Source: Pseudomonadota bacterium
GTDB taxonomy: Bacteria > Pseudomonadota > Alphaproteobacteria > Sphingomonadales > Sphingomonadaceae
Assembly (NCBI GenBank): GCA_040388765.1
Contig: JAZKBG010000005.1
Location: 17,045 to 81,044 of the forward strand
DNA: 64,000 bases
Direction of reading: 5' to 3'
The position numbers and the translations under genes are program-made. Below the pieces are notes generated by a model. That model saw nothing but the letters and a program-made list of their open reading frames with translations. It ran no database searches and had not been told where the DNA came from. Positions 1 to 8,646 of this stretch are shown here, piece after piece; position 1 is the stretch's first letter; the number at the start of each line of letters is the position of its first letter.

Positions 1-602
1 TCGCGCAAGTTCGTATAGGTTTGCGCGACTTCGGCGGAAAGCTGGACCTGCGCGTCAGCGGCATTGAATGCGGCCGCTGCCGCCAAAGCGTTCGCAGCTT
101 CGATTTTTCGAAGCTGCCCACCTGCCAGATCGATTTCCCAGTTTGCATTGAGGCCGAGATTGTAGAACCGCAGAGACGTGTCGACGTCGGGACTGGCCGA
201 AGGGGTCGGTGTTGGTGCGGTCGTGCTGCTTCCTTGATTTGACTGCAAATCTATGCCGGGCAGATCGGCGAATATGGCAGTTCCCTGGGCGCCCGCCGTC
301 GGAAAGCGGTTTGCGCGTTCCTGCCGTACAGATGCGCGAGCCTGTTGAACCCTGGCCTGCGCCGCCTCGACCGAAGGATTTGAGGCACGTGCGCGGCGCT
401 CAAGCTCATTGAGCACAGGGTCCTGGAGACTTGTCCACCATTCGGCAGCGACCGGCTCGCTCAATGTCGCGTCAGACGTAGCACGCACGAAGGTGGACTG
501 CGGGTTGGCATGACCGAGCTCCGGCGGTCCCGAGTAGTCCGGTCCGACGACGCATCCGCCGAGTAGCAGGGAGGATAATACTAGGCTTTTTAGCTTGGCC
601 AT
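1..602 (-). CDS. Efflux outer-membrane lipoprotein, NodT/OprM (OMF) family, 5' part only (gene runs off the left edge)
   Basis: Hand translation of the reverse strand: ATG at comp(600..602), MAKLKSLVLLSSLLLGGC lipobox signal, then AEWWTSLQDPVLNELERRA and VQLSAEVAQTYTNLR, typical of the OMF N-terminal half. Absent from the ORF track because no stop lies inside the window. Starts 8 nt after the stop of the upstream pump gene. Confidence 0.75.
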   Translation of the reverse strand, partial: MAKLKSLVLSSLLLGGCVVGPDYSGPPELGHANPQSTFVRATSDATLSEPVAAEWWTSLQDPVLNELERRARASNPSVEAAQARVQQARASVRQERANRFPTAGAQGTAIFADLPGIDLQSNQGSSTTAPTPTPSASPDVDTSLRFYNLGLNANWEIDLAGGQLRKIEAANALAAAAAFNAADAQVQLSAEVAQTYTNLR

Positions 603-609
603 CTTGACC

Positions 610-2169
610 TCAATGCATCGCCAGTGACTGCCCCTTGGGCAGTGGGCGAAGGAAAAACACGAGAGGAAGCGTGGCAAAGGTTGCGGCGGCCATCGTCAAG
701 AACACGTCGTTGTAGGTCATGATGAAAGCCTGCTGCTGGATCGTCGCGGCAAGCGACTGAAATCCGGCGTCGACGCTACCCAGCGTCCGTGACACGCCAC
801 CAAGATACTCCTGCACGCTTGGGTCGTTGGCCCACAACATCTCTTCCATTCGCCGGCTGTGGGTCCACATCCGTTGATCCTGAAAGGATGTCAGGCCGGC
901 CAACGCAAACGAGCCACCGAGATTGCGTGCAGCATTAAAGATGCCAGATGCATCGCCAGAGTCGTCCTTGCTGACCGAGGCAATCGTGGCCTGGTTCAGA
1001 AAGAGCATGGTCAGGATCATGCCGACGCCGCGGAGTAGCTGGCCGACGGTGAACGCTTCACCGGCGGAGTCCGCTGTCAGACTGGTGCTAGCGACACAAC
1101 TGACGGCCATGATCGCAAGACCAGTTCCGACGGCAAGCCTGATGTCGACGGCGCGGATGAGGAACGGGATAAACGGCATCAACAGGAGGGCCGGCACCCC
1201 CATAAGGAAGATGACCTGACCGGTTTCGAGCGCATTATAGTCGGCGATGAGCGACAGGAATTGCGGGATGACGAAAGTCGATCCGTACATCACCATGCCA
1301 AGCGCCAACGCCATGACAACGACGCTACCGAACTGCCGATTCAGCACGATGCCCAGTTTCAGGACGGGCTTCGCCGCCCGCAACTGCCCGATCGCCAGCA
1401 TAGCGAAACCAGCCAAAGTTATGGCCGTTAGCTGGACGATATAGGACGACTCGAACCACTCTTCGCGGTGCCCCTCCTCGAGCACGATCGTCAGCCCTCC
1501 AAGGCCGAGGATCATGCCGATGATCCCAAACCAATCGGCCTCACGCAGATAGACCCAGTTGGTGCGTTCATGGGGAAGCCCGAGCAGCAGAAGCAGAACC
1601 AGCAGACCGCAGACCGGCACGTTGACGAAGAACGCATAGTGCCAGCTCAGATTCTCCGTTAGCCATCCGCCAAGCAACGGTCCGAGCACCGGCCCCAGGA
1701 TCACGGTCATTCCGAACAGCGCCATCCCGATCGCCTGTTGCTGCGGAGGCAGCCGCTTTGCGACAATCGTCATCGCGGTCGGGATCAATGCCCCGCCCAT
1801 GAACCCCTGTCCCGATCGGCCTATTATCATGGTCGTCAAGCTCGTGGCGGTACCACACACGATCGAAAAGCCGGTGAAACAGACGACGGCGATCAGTAGA
1901 AGAGTTCGAAGGCCCAGCAGGCGCTCCAGCCACGCGCTCAACGGAATGATGACAATCTCGGCAACGAGGAAAGCGGTTGCGATCCAGGTTCCCTCCGTAC
2001 CGCTAGCGCCAATCTCTCCCTGGATCGTAGGGAGGGCGGAGTTGACGATCGAGATGTCCAACGTCGCGAGGAGCGCGCCAAGCGATCCAGCGGCGACAGC
2101 AATCCACGCAGTCGCGTCGGCGCGCTCCGGGTGCGCGCCACCTTGCGTAGAGGTGTCGGAGGCCATCAT
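610..2169 (-). CDS. MFS drug efflux permease, DHA2 / EmrB-QacA family
   Basis: 519 aa and hydrophobic throughout. LDISIVNSALPTI and GRSGQGFMGGALIP motifs near the N-terminus are typical of 14-TMS EmrB/QacA pumps. The start shares 1 nt with the HlyD gene stop (TGATG at 2167-2171). Confidence 0.9.
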   Translation of the reverse strand: MMASDTSTQGGAHPERADATAWIAVAAGSLGALLATLDISIVNSALPTIQGEIGASGTEGTWIATAFLVAEIVIIPLSAWLERLLGLRTLLLIAVVCFTGFSIVCGTATSLTTMIIGRSGQGFMGGALIPTAMTIVAKRLPPQQQAIGMALFGMTVILGPVLGPLLGGWLTENLSWHYAFFVNVPVCGLLVLLLLLGLPHERTNWVYLREADWFGIIGMILGLGGLTIVLEEGHREEWFESSYIVQLTAITLAGFAMLAIGQLRAAKPVLKLGIVLNRQFGSVVVMALALGMVMYGSTFVIPQFLSLIADYNALETGQVIFLMGVPALLLMPFIPFLIRAVDIRLAVGTGLAIMAVSCVASTSLTADSAGEAFTVGQLLRGVGMILTMLFLNQATIASVSKDDSGDASGIFNAARNLGGSFALAGLTSFQDQRMWTHSRRMEEMLWANDPSVQEYLGGVSRTLGSVDAGFQSLAATIQQQAFIMTYNDVFLTMAAATFATLPLVFFLRPLPKGQSLAMH

Positions 2170-3386
2170 CAGCGCTTTCGGCTTGCTACCTGGCGGATTC
2201 TGTCGAGTTCTCCCCTGGCCGAGCGCGTATCGACGGTCACGTCAACCGACATACCTGGGATAAGGAGCCGCCGAACCTCAGGAGGGGCATCTATTGCGAT
2301 GCGAACAGGCACGCGCTGAACAATCTTCGTAAAGTTGCCGGTCGCATTCTGCGGTGGCAGAACGGAGAATTGGGCGCCTGTGCCGGGGGCAAAGCTGGCG
2401 ACGCGGCCTGTCACTTCAATGCCGGAGAGCGCATCGATTTCGACTTTCACCGACTGTCCGACACGCATAAGGCCGAGCTGCGTTTCCTTGAAATTTGCCT
2501 CGATAAAAAGTCGGTCTGTGGGCACCAGTGTCATCATCCGCATGCCGGGTTGCACAAACTGCCCGACGCGGACTGAAAGATCGCCGACGCGGCCATCGAT
2601 TGCCGCCCTGAGCACGGTCGATTCCACATTCACGCGCGCGGCGGAAAGTTGCGCGCGAGCAGTTTGAGCCTGCGACTGAGCCTGCCGAACCTGCGCGTTG
2701 AGCGTGCCGACCCTCCGCTGTGCGCCCAAGAGTCCAGCCTGGGCTACATTGACCCGCTCGCGCGCTTGTCGCGCTTGCGTCTGAAGCTGAGCGAGCCGCT
2801 CGCGAGGCTCAGCGCCAGTCGCTGCCAGTGGCTGATACCGCAGTACCTGCTGGGATACGAAAGCCGCTTCATCGCGCGCGGAGTAGAGTTGGGCCTGCGC
2901 CTGAGAAATTGCCGCCTGCTGCTCGGCAATCTGCGCTCGGCTAGTGTCGCCCGCAGCGTTCGCAGTTGCGATCTGGCTTGTTATCTGAGCGGTTTGCGAC
3001 CGATACTCGCGAGGGTCGAGTTCAGCCAGGGGCTGCCCTCGTCTGACAGACTGGTTCTCGGTGACGTATACACGCTCGACATATCCGGAAATCTTCGGGG
3101 CGATGACCACGGAATCCGCCGCGATATATGCGTTGTCAGTGGCCTGCATAAATTGGCCGCGGTTCTGATGATCGAAATACCAGATAAGGCCGATAGCGAC
3201 GAGCACGATCGCGCCGACCAGAAGAGCGAGCCTGACGCGCGGCGATTTGAGGGGGGAGCTCCGGACGTCGTCGGTGTCCGCAGTTTCCACCGTAGCGGCG
3301 GCCGACTCGTCCGGCATAATAACTTCCATTCCAGCTTGATGGCTTATCGTTCCGTTGCCGCACTCTAGACCATTAGGCAACCGCAT
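2169..3386 (-). CDS. HlyD/EmrA-family periplasmic adaptor (membrane fusion protein)
   Basis: 405-aa ORF with one N-terminal TM (LALLVGAIVLVAIGLIWYF), a long Q/A-rich coiled coil and a C-terminal beta-barrel region (NFTKIVQRVPVRI), typical of EmrA. The true start may be the internal ATG at 3317 (MPDES...) or 3329 rather than 3386. Confidence 0.85.
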   Translation of the reverse strand: MRLPNGLECGNGTISHQAGMEVIMPDESAAATVETADTDDVRSSPLKSPRVRLALLVGAIVLVAIGLIWYFDHQNRGQFMQATDNAYIAADSVVIAPKISGYVERVYVTENQSVRRGQPLAELDPREYRSQTAQITSQIATANAAGDTSRAQIAEQQAAISQAQAQLYSARDEAAFVSQQVLRYQPLAATGAEPRERLAQLQTQARQARERVNVAQAGLLGAQRRVGTLNAQVRQAQSQAQTARAQLSAARVNVESTVLRAAIDGRVGDLSVRVGQFVQPGMRMMTLVPTDRLFIEANFKETQLGLMRVGQSVKVEIDALSGIEVTGRVASFAPGTGAQFSVLPPQNATGNFTKIVQRVPVRIAIDAPPEVRRLLIPGMSVDVTVDTRSARGELDRIRQVASRKR

Positions 3387-3406
3387 ATCATATGCAACCT
3401 CAGGAA
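3384..3406. repeat. Left copy of a perfect 23-bp direct repeat CATATCATATGCAACCTCAGGAA
   Basis: Identical 23-mer at 19610-19632 in the same orientation. Its first 11 nt form the palindrome CATAT-C-ATATG. It lies in the emrA upstream region. Confidence 0.9.
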
Positions 3407-3592
3407 TGACATGTTGCTGCTGTTACCCATCTGCCCGCCACCCCCGGCGTTGATACTCCGCCCATGTTGGCGCTTGGCACCAGTATTTTGATGACGCGTA
3501 GTGCGCATTCGTATTCGCACGGGGGGCCATCAGTTGGACTTGGTCCTCCCCCCAGAATATCCTATGGACGCTTAGCCTTCTGCCGGACGCAA

Positions 3593-4624
3593 TCAGGTCG
3601 AGCGCTCAATGAGCCGTGTCGGCAACATCGCTGATTTTACACGCCGTCCATCAAGCAGCTGCATCAATTTCTCGACAAGCATGGCGCCAGCCACGCCAGT
3701 GGGCTGTTCGATAGTCGTGATTGCAGGCGTAAAATGCGCTGCGGGTGGGATGTCGTTATAGCCTACCAACGAATAATCACGCGGGGTTTGATGGCCACGC
3801 CTCGCAAAGGCGCCGATGATCGCCATCGCTGCGGTGTCGGAAAACGCGAACACGGCGTCCGGCAAGGCACTAGTGTCCAGATAGCGGTCCGCCGCGGTCT
3901 GGATTGACGTGAACGCTAGAGAATCGGTCGCAAACTGATCTAACGCGATCGACGGGTGCTCAGCACCAGCGGTTGCCAAACCTTGATACCGGAGCCGTAA
4001 TTCTTCATGCGCCGTATCGCCCACAAAGAGCCAGCGCCTGCGGCGGCGGCGGACGAAATGTTCTCCGGCAAGCTTCCCACCTAGGAAATTGTCGGTGCCA
4101 ACGGCACAATAGTCTGATACGGCATGGACTGCGCCCCAGACGACCATCGGTACGCCGGCCCGAGCAACCTCGGTCAAAATGCCTTCGCGCGTCCCTTGTC
4201 CCAGCACGATGAAACCGTCAGTACCGCGCGAGCGATGAAGCTCAATAAACGCGTCCACCGAGTCCAACCCGGCTGGCGATAGCAAAAGGTCGATCTCGCG
4301 GGCCGAAAGAGCCTCCGACACCCCAGCCAAGAGCTCAAAAATGAACGGGTCGCCGATAGCGCCATGACGATGTGAAGCGAAGTCAAGCACCACGGCAACG
4401 GTATTTGACCGTTCTTGGCGAAGCTTCTTAGCGTTGCGGTTGACGGCGTACCCCTGGGCCCGCGCCGCCTCAAGCACCCGGGTGCGGGTTGCCGCCGTTA
4501 CTATTGGGCTATTGCTCAACACCCTAGACACAGTGGTTTTTGAAACGTTTGCAGCTTTCGCGACATCGTCCATCGTCGGACGAGAGCCGCGCTGCGGTGG
4601 GGTTGGATCTGCACTTCGGGCCAT
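3593..4624 (-). CDS. LacI-family transcriptional regulator
   Basis: 343 aa. N-terminal HTH TMDDVAKAANVSKTTVSRVLSN followed by a periplasmic-binding-protein-like sugar-binding fold. Divergent from the TonB receptor operon. Confidence 0.9.
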   Translation of the reverse strand: MARSADPTPPQRGSRPTMDDVAKAANVSKTTVSRVLSNSPIVTAATRTRVLEAARAQGYAVNRNAKKLRQERSNTVAVVLDFASHRHGAIGDPFIFELLAGVSEALSAREIDLLLSPAGLDSVDAFIELHRSRGTDGFIVLGQGTREGILTEVARAGVPMVVWGAVHAVSDYCAVGTDNFLGGKLAGEHFVRRRRRRWLFVGDTAHEELRLRYQGLATAGAEHPSIALDQFATDSLAFTSIQTAADRYLDTSALPDAVFAFSDTAAMAIIGAFARRGHQTPRDYSLVGYNDIPPAAHFTPAITTIEQPTGVAGAMLVEKLMQLLDGRRVKSAMLPTRLIERST

Positions 4625-4686
4625 CCCTCATTGGTACGTGCTGCAGCAGGGTCACGCAATCGCCCTCGTCTTCTTGAAACAATTCT

Positions 4687-4700
4687 TGAAATGCATTTCA
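4687..4700. promoter_or_regulatory. Candidate LacI-type operator, perfect 14-bp palindrome TGAAATGCATTTCA
   Basis: Perfect inverted repeat in the 128-bp lacI/TonB-receptor divergent intergenic region. It resembles the TGnAAnCGnTTnCA architecture of LacI-family operators, though the centre is TGCA rather than CG. Confidence 0.45.
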
Positions 4701-4752
4701 GAAATGGGTAGCGAAACGAGATTGAGTCGGCAAAGTCCGCACTGGGAGAGGG

Positions 4753-7269
4753 TTGATGGCAAAAAAAAGGAATCACGGAGTGATGCTGGCGTTTGGCACA
4801 GCAATGATTGCGCTGATCGGGACGACACCGGCGATCGCGCAAATCGTTCCCCTCGACTCTCCGCAACCCGACCCGAACCTAACCACTGCGGACGGCAGCG
4901 GGATCGATGAAATCGTCGTTACCGCCCGCCGTGAATCGGAACGAGCCCAGGATGTCCCAATCTCGCTGACCGCCTTCTCGCAGGACACGATCCGCGCGAA
5001 GGGAATCAATTCGGCGACCGACCTGCAGAACTTTACACCGTCGCTGACGGTGCTTGGCGATGTTAGTCGCAACCAGGAGACCTACGCGATCCGTGGCCTC
5101 GGGGGCAACGGCGGCGCGGGTACGGGAAGCGGTCCGGGCGTGGTCGCCTATTTCGCCGAAGTTCCGACCAGCGCAAGCGGGCCCGGTAACTTTTACGACC
5201 TTGCATCGCTGCAGGTTTTGAAGGGCCCTCAGGGTACGCTATTCGGGAGGAACACCACAGGAGGAGCGGTTCTGCTTGAGCCGGCCCATCCGAAAATGAA
5301 TATCGTCGAAGGGTATGCAGATGTCACCGTCGGCAATCTAAAACGGCGCGGTGCGCAAGGCGCGCTCAATATTCCGATCATCGACGATGTCTTGGCAATC
5401 CGAGTGGCCGGCCAGTTCGACAAGCGCGATGGCTATGTCCGCGATGCCGTCACCGGCGTCGATTATCTCAACCGCAACAACTTCTCCCTCCGGCTGGGCA
5501 TCCAGTTCAATCCCAGCGACAGCATCAGTAGCTATACCGCAGTCAACTATATCGACGTCGAAGAACATGGCGGCGGCAGCATCCTGCTCGCGGTGCGTCC
5601 GGGCAGCGGCTATGCGGCGTTGCTGCAACCCTATCTGACTCAGCAACGGGCCTGGGGTCCGCGCAAGACCGCGCTTAGCACCCCGACCTTCGAGAAGGCG
5701 AAAAGATTCCTCGCGCTCAACAATACCGAGTTCAGGGTCAACGACGCGTTCACGATCAAGAACGTGTTCAGCTATGCCCGCACCCGGTCGACCTCGGCGA
5801 CCGATCGCGATTCAACTCTGTTGCCGATCGCCGACCTGCTCGGCGCTTTCCCCGGTAGCTACAACAATAACCTGCGCACGATCACAGAAGAATTGCAGCT
5901 TCGGTACGACAGCGGTCCGTTCCGGCTGCAAGTCGGCGGCTTTTACCTGACCGAGAAGAGCCCGCAGCCTCTCACTTTCCTGACGCGCAATCCGCTACAG
6001 GCTGGCGGAATCCTTGGAGGCGGCCCGATCATCCTGCCACCTGCGCTGCAGACGGTGCTCGGCGTCAACACCCCACTGCTTCCGGCCCTCAACGTCCAGC
6101 CCGACGCGTCTGTCTATGCCCGCAGCAAGGCGCTCTATGCGCAGGCGCAGTACAAGCTCACACCGGAATTGACCGCGACCGCAGGCTTTCGCTGGACGTG
6201 GGACAAGTTCGGCGGTGACATCACGTCCTATCAGGACGCATCGAGCTACCAGGTGTTCAATCAGCTGGCCGCGCTCGGGGTGGTGACCCAGTCCCAAGCC
6301 GCGCAGGTCATCGGCCTGAACGCCAATCTGTGCGTCTTCGACGCCTTCCAGGCAGTGGCGGCGGGCGGCTTCCCGACGCTCAAATATCCGAACTGCACCA
6401 AGCCAAGCTTTAACGGAAAGAGCGAAGGGCCAACGTGGCAGTTCGGGCTCGACTGGCAGGCCGATACCGATACGCTCGTCTACGCGGTTTCGCGGCGCGG
6501 ATATAAATCGGGCGCCAACAATCCGATCGTGACCCTGTTCCTCGGCAACAGCTATCCGCTGGCGGCGGTCAAGCCGGAGAAGGTGACCGACGCCGAAATC
6601 GGTGTGAAGCGTGACTGGGACCTGGGCGGCGGAGTGCGGGCCCGCACCAACATCGCGGCCTTCTACACCTGGTTCAACGACGTCCAGGTGATCCAGAGGG
6701 CAGCGATCGCCGGAGCAGACATCTTGGCCAACGCACAAAAGGCGCGCGTGGTCGGCGTGGAGTTCGAAGGGCTGCTGATGCCCAGCAAGTGGATCACGCT
6801 GGGCGGCACCTATTCCTACAACGACGCCAAATATGTCGATTACACAACGATCGCGATTCCCGCGATCCCGTCGGCGCTGACTCCGGCGCAGCCTTCGCGC
6901 AATCTGACGGGCACGCCGTTCACCTTCGTGGCCAAGCACAAGTTCAGCCTCGACGCCCGCATCGGTATGCCAATTCCGGAAAGCGAAGGCGATCTGAGCC
7001 TGCGTGCGGCCTACACCTGGCAGTCGCGCCAGCGCGTAGCATCTGACCCACAACCGTTCGACACGATCGCGCCCTATGGCTTGCTGAACCTGCGAGTCGA
7101 GTGGAACGGTATCCACGGGACGCCGCTCGATGCAGCTGTTTTCGGTACGAACGTCCTCGACAAGGAATATCGAGTGACGGCCAACACCGGCTACAACAAT
7201 TCGGGGTTTTCGAACTCGATCTACGGCGAGCCCGCGCAATATGGCGTTCAGCTCCGCTATCGTTTTTAG
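4753..7269 (+). CDS. TonB-dependent outer-membrane receptor
   Basis: 838 aa. Signal peptide ending AIAQ, TonB-box/plug region DEIVVTARRESERAQDVPISLTAF, terminal aromatic residue (LRYRF). The likely start is ATG 4756, after GGGAGAGGG. Confidence 0.9.
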   Translation: MMAKKRNHGVMLAFGTAMIALIGTTPAIAQIVPLDSPQPDPNLTTADGSGIDEIVVTARRESERAQDVPISLTAFSQDTIRAKGINSATDLQNFTPSLTVLGDVSRNQETYAIRGLGGNGGAGTGSGPGVVAYFAEVPTSASGPGNFYDLASLQVLKGPQGTLFGRNTTGGAVLLEPAHPKMNIVEGYADVTVGNLKRRGAQGALNIPIIDDVLAIRVAGQFDKRDGYVRDAVTGVDYLNRNNFSLRLGIQFNPSDSISSYTAVNYIDVEEHGGGSILLAVRPGSGYAALLQPYLTQQRAWGPRKTALSTPTFEKAKRFLALNNTEFRVNDAFTIKNVFSYARTRSTSATDRDSTLLPIADLLGAFPGSYNNNLRTITEELQLRYDSGPFRLQVGGFYLTEKSPQPLTFLTRNPLQAGGILGGGPIILPPALQTVLGVNTPLLPALNVQPDASVYARSKALYAQAQYKLTPELTATAGFRWTWDKFGGDITSYQDASSYQVFNQLAALGVVTQSQAAQVIGLNANLCVFDAFQAVAAGGFPTLKYPNCTKPSFNGKSEGPTWQFGLDWQADTDTLVYAVSRRGYKSGANNPIVTLFLGNSYPLAAVKPEKVTDAEIGVKRDWDLGGGVRARTNIAAFYTWFNDVQVIQRAAIAGADILANAQKARVVGVEFEGLLMPSKWITLGGTYSYNDAKYVDYTTIAIPAIPSALTPAQPSRNLTGTPFTFVAKHKFSLDARIGMPIPESEGDLSLRAAYTWQSRQRVASDPQPFDTIAPYGLLNLRVEWNGIHGTPLDAAVFGTNVLDKEYRVTANTGYNNSGFSNSIYGEPAQYGVQLRYRF

Positions 7270-7278
7270 GATCACGCC

Positions 7279-8646
7279 ATGAGGATTGTCCACGCCGCCT
7301 TGCCGATGGTGTTATTCGCGGGGGGGGTCTTCGCGCAGACTGCGCCCTCGGTGCCCGCTGTGTCATCGGCCGCCAAGGCGTTTACGCCTGACTCTGCGCA
7401 ACTCGTGCTGATCGAAAAAGCTCGTGCCGGCGGCGCGCGCGATATCGTGGCAACTGCTGGCCCGAACGGCGGCATGATCCTTAACGGCACGATTGAAAGC
7501 CGACAATTTGTGCTCGCATTGCCGGCCCGGTGGACTGGCGAAATGGTCTTGTTTGGGCAAGGCTACGCGACCCCGGGCTCGACGGCGACAGTTCCTTCCG
7601 ATCCGATCGCCAAGGATCCCGGCGGCGGCACGTTCCGCCATGTGTATGACAAGGGCATCGCCTCCGGGATCGCCGCGTTCGACAAGAATGGCGTCGCGAC
7701 CGAAAGTGGTACCCGCAATGCGATGCGGTTGCGGGCACTTGCCGTGAAGATGGGTGCTCGCCGCTTCTATGCCCTTGGCGGATCAATGGGAGGCAGCATC
7801 GTGATGTCGCTCATCGAGCGCCATCCCAACGCCTTTTCGGGCGCGGTATCGATGTGCGGAATTACCGAAGGCTGGCTGCCACTGGTCCAGCAGCTGGCGG
7901 ACCTGCGTGGCGCCTACGATATTCTCACTGCCGGCACGCCATATGCTATTCCAGGGGACAAAGACCTCACGCGGTCAGCATTGCCGGTAATCCCGCCCGT
8001 GGGTAGCGCCGTTGCGGGCGATGCATTTCGCGAACAGCAGAAAATGAAGCTGATCATGCCGGTGCTGGCGCTGTTCCAAGCGGCAAAGAAGGATCCACAA
8101 GGCCGTGAGGCGAGAATCATTCGCCAGATCGCGGCGGTCGGTGGCTTTCCGCCCGACGCCGCAGCGATCGGTGCGCCACTTTATTCGGCGGCATTGGGGA
8201 TGGATGACATCGTGGCAACGATGGGCGGCATACCGATTGGAAATCGCGGTCGCATCTTTGCGCCCCCCGAGATGACGGACGCCGAAGCCGCCGACTTCAA
8301 TCGCAGGATGCAGCGCTACGATGCCAATCCCAGGGCTCTCGCCTATGCCCGTTCCTGGCATCAATCGACCGGACGCTTCCGAGTGCCACTGGTGACGGTG
8401 CATCAAACGCTGGACTCGCTGGTGCCGTTCTCGCAGTCCGAGGCTCTCGGGCGCCTTGTTGCCAAGGCCGGAAACGGCGTCAGAATTGCGCAATATGCCG
8501 TGCCGCCGACGCGATTTCCGCTACCCGGCGGGTTGGACGGATATTCCCATTGCGGATTTACGCCGGCACAGAATATCGCCGCGTTCGAAGCGATGCGCGA
8601 CTGGGTCTTGACCGGTAAGCGCCCCGGGCCGGAGGCAGTGCGATGA
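7279..8646 (+). CDS. Secreted alpha/beta-hydrolase-like protein of unknown specificity (paralogue of 15906-17306)
   Basis: 455 aa. Sec-type signal (MRIVHAALPMVLFAGGVFAQ), nucleophile elbow GGSMGG, then a long insertion before candidate Asp (HQTLDSLVP) and His (GYSHCGF) residues. I could not place it in a named family. Confidence 0.6.
   Translation: MRIVHAALPMVLFAGGVFAQTAPSVPAVSSAAKAFTPDSAQLVLIEKARAGGARDIVATAGPNGGMILNGTIESRQFVLALPARWTGEMVLFGQGYATPGSTATVPSDPIAKDPGGGTFRHVYDKGIASGIAAFDKNGVATESGTRNAMRLRALAVKMGARRFYALGGSMGGSIVMSLIERHPNAFSGAVSMCGITEGWLPLVQQLADLRGAYDILTAGTPYAIPGDKDLTRSALPVIPPVGSAVAGDAFREQQKMKLIMPVLALFQAAKKDPQGREARIIRQIAAVGGFPPDAAAIGAPLYSAALGMDDIVATMGGIPIGNRGRIFAPPEMTDAEAADFNRRMQRYDANPRALAYARSWHQSTGRFRVPLVTVHQTLDSLVPFSQSEALGRLVAKAGNGVRIAQYAVPPTRFPLPGGLDGYSHCGFTPAQNIAAFEAMRDWVLTGKRPGPEAVR

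Noticed and set aside
3407-3592. GGGGGG...CCCCCC and GTGCG...CGCAC hairpins downstream of lacI, as terminators or att-like sites of the island
   Set aside because: Short imperfect stems without U-tracts, and no similarity to the sequence at the other island border (19397-19609). There is not enough to call.
5995-7293. 432-aa ORF antisense to the TonB receptor. The same type occurs at 8403-10061 (552 aa), 17540-19270 (576 aa), 34763-35980 (405 aa), 36106-37287 (393 aa), 42934-44352 (472 aa), 46654-47679 (341 aa), 55192-56313 (373 aa) and 61630-62949 (439 aa).
   Set aside because: Each lies entirely opposite a gene with strong family motifs, is Arg/Gly/Pro/Ala-rich with no recognisable domains, and is the expected shadow ORF of high-GC DNA with few stop codons.
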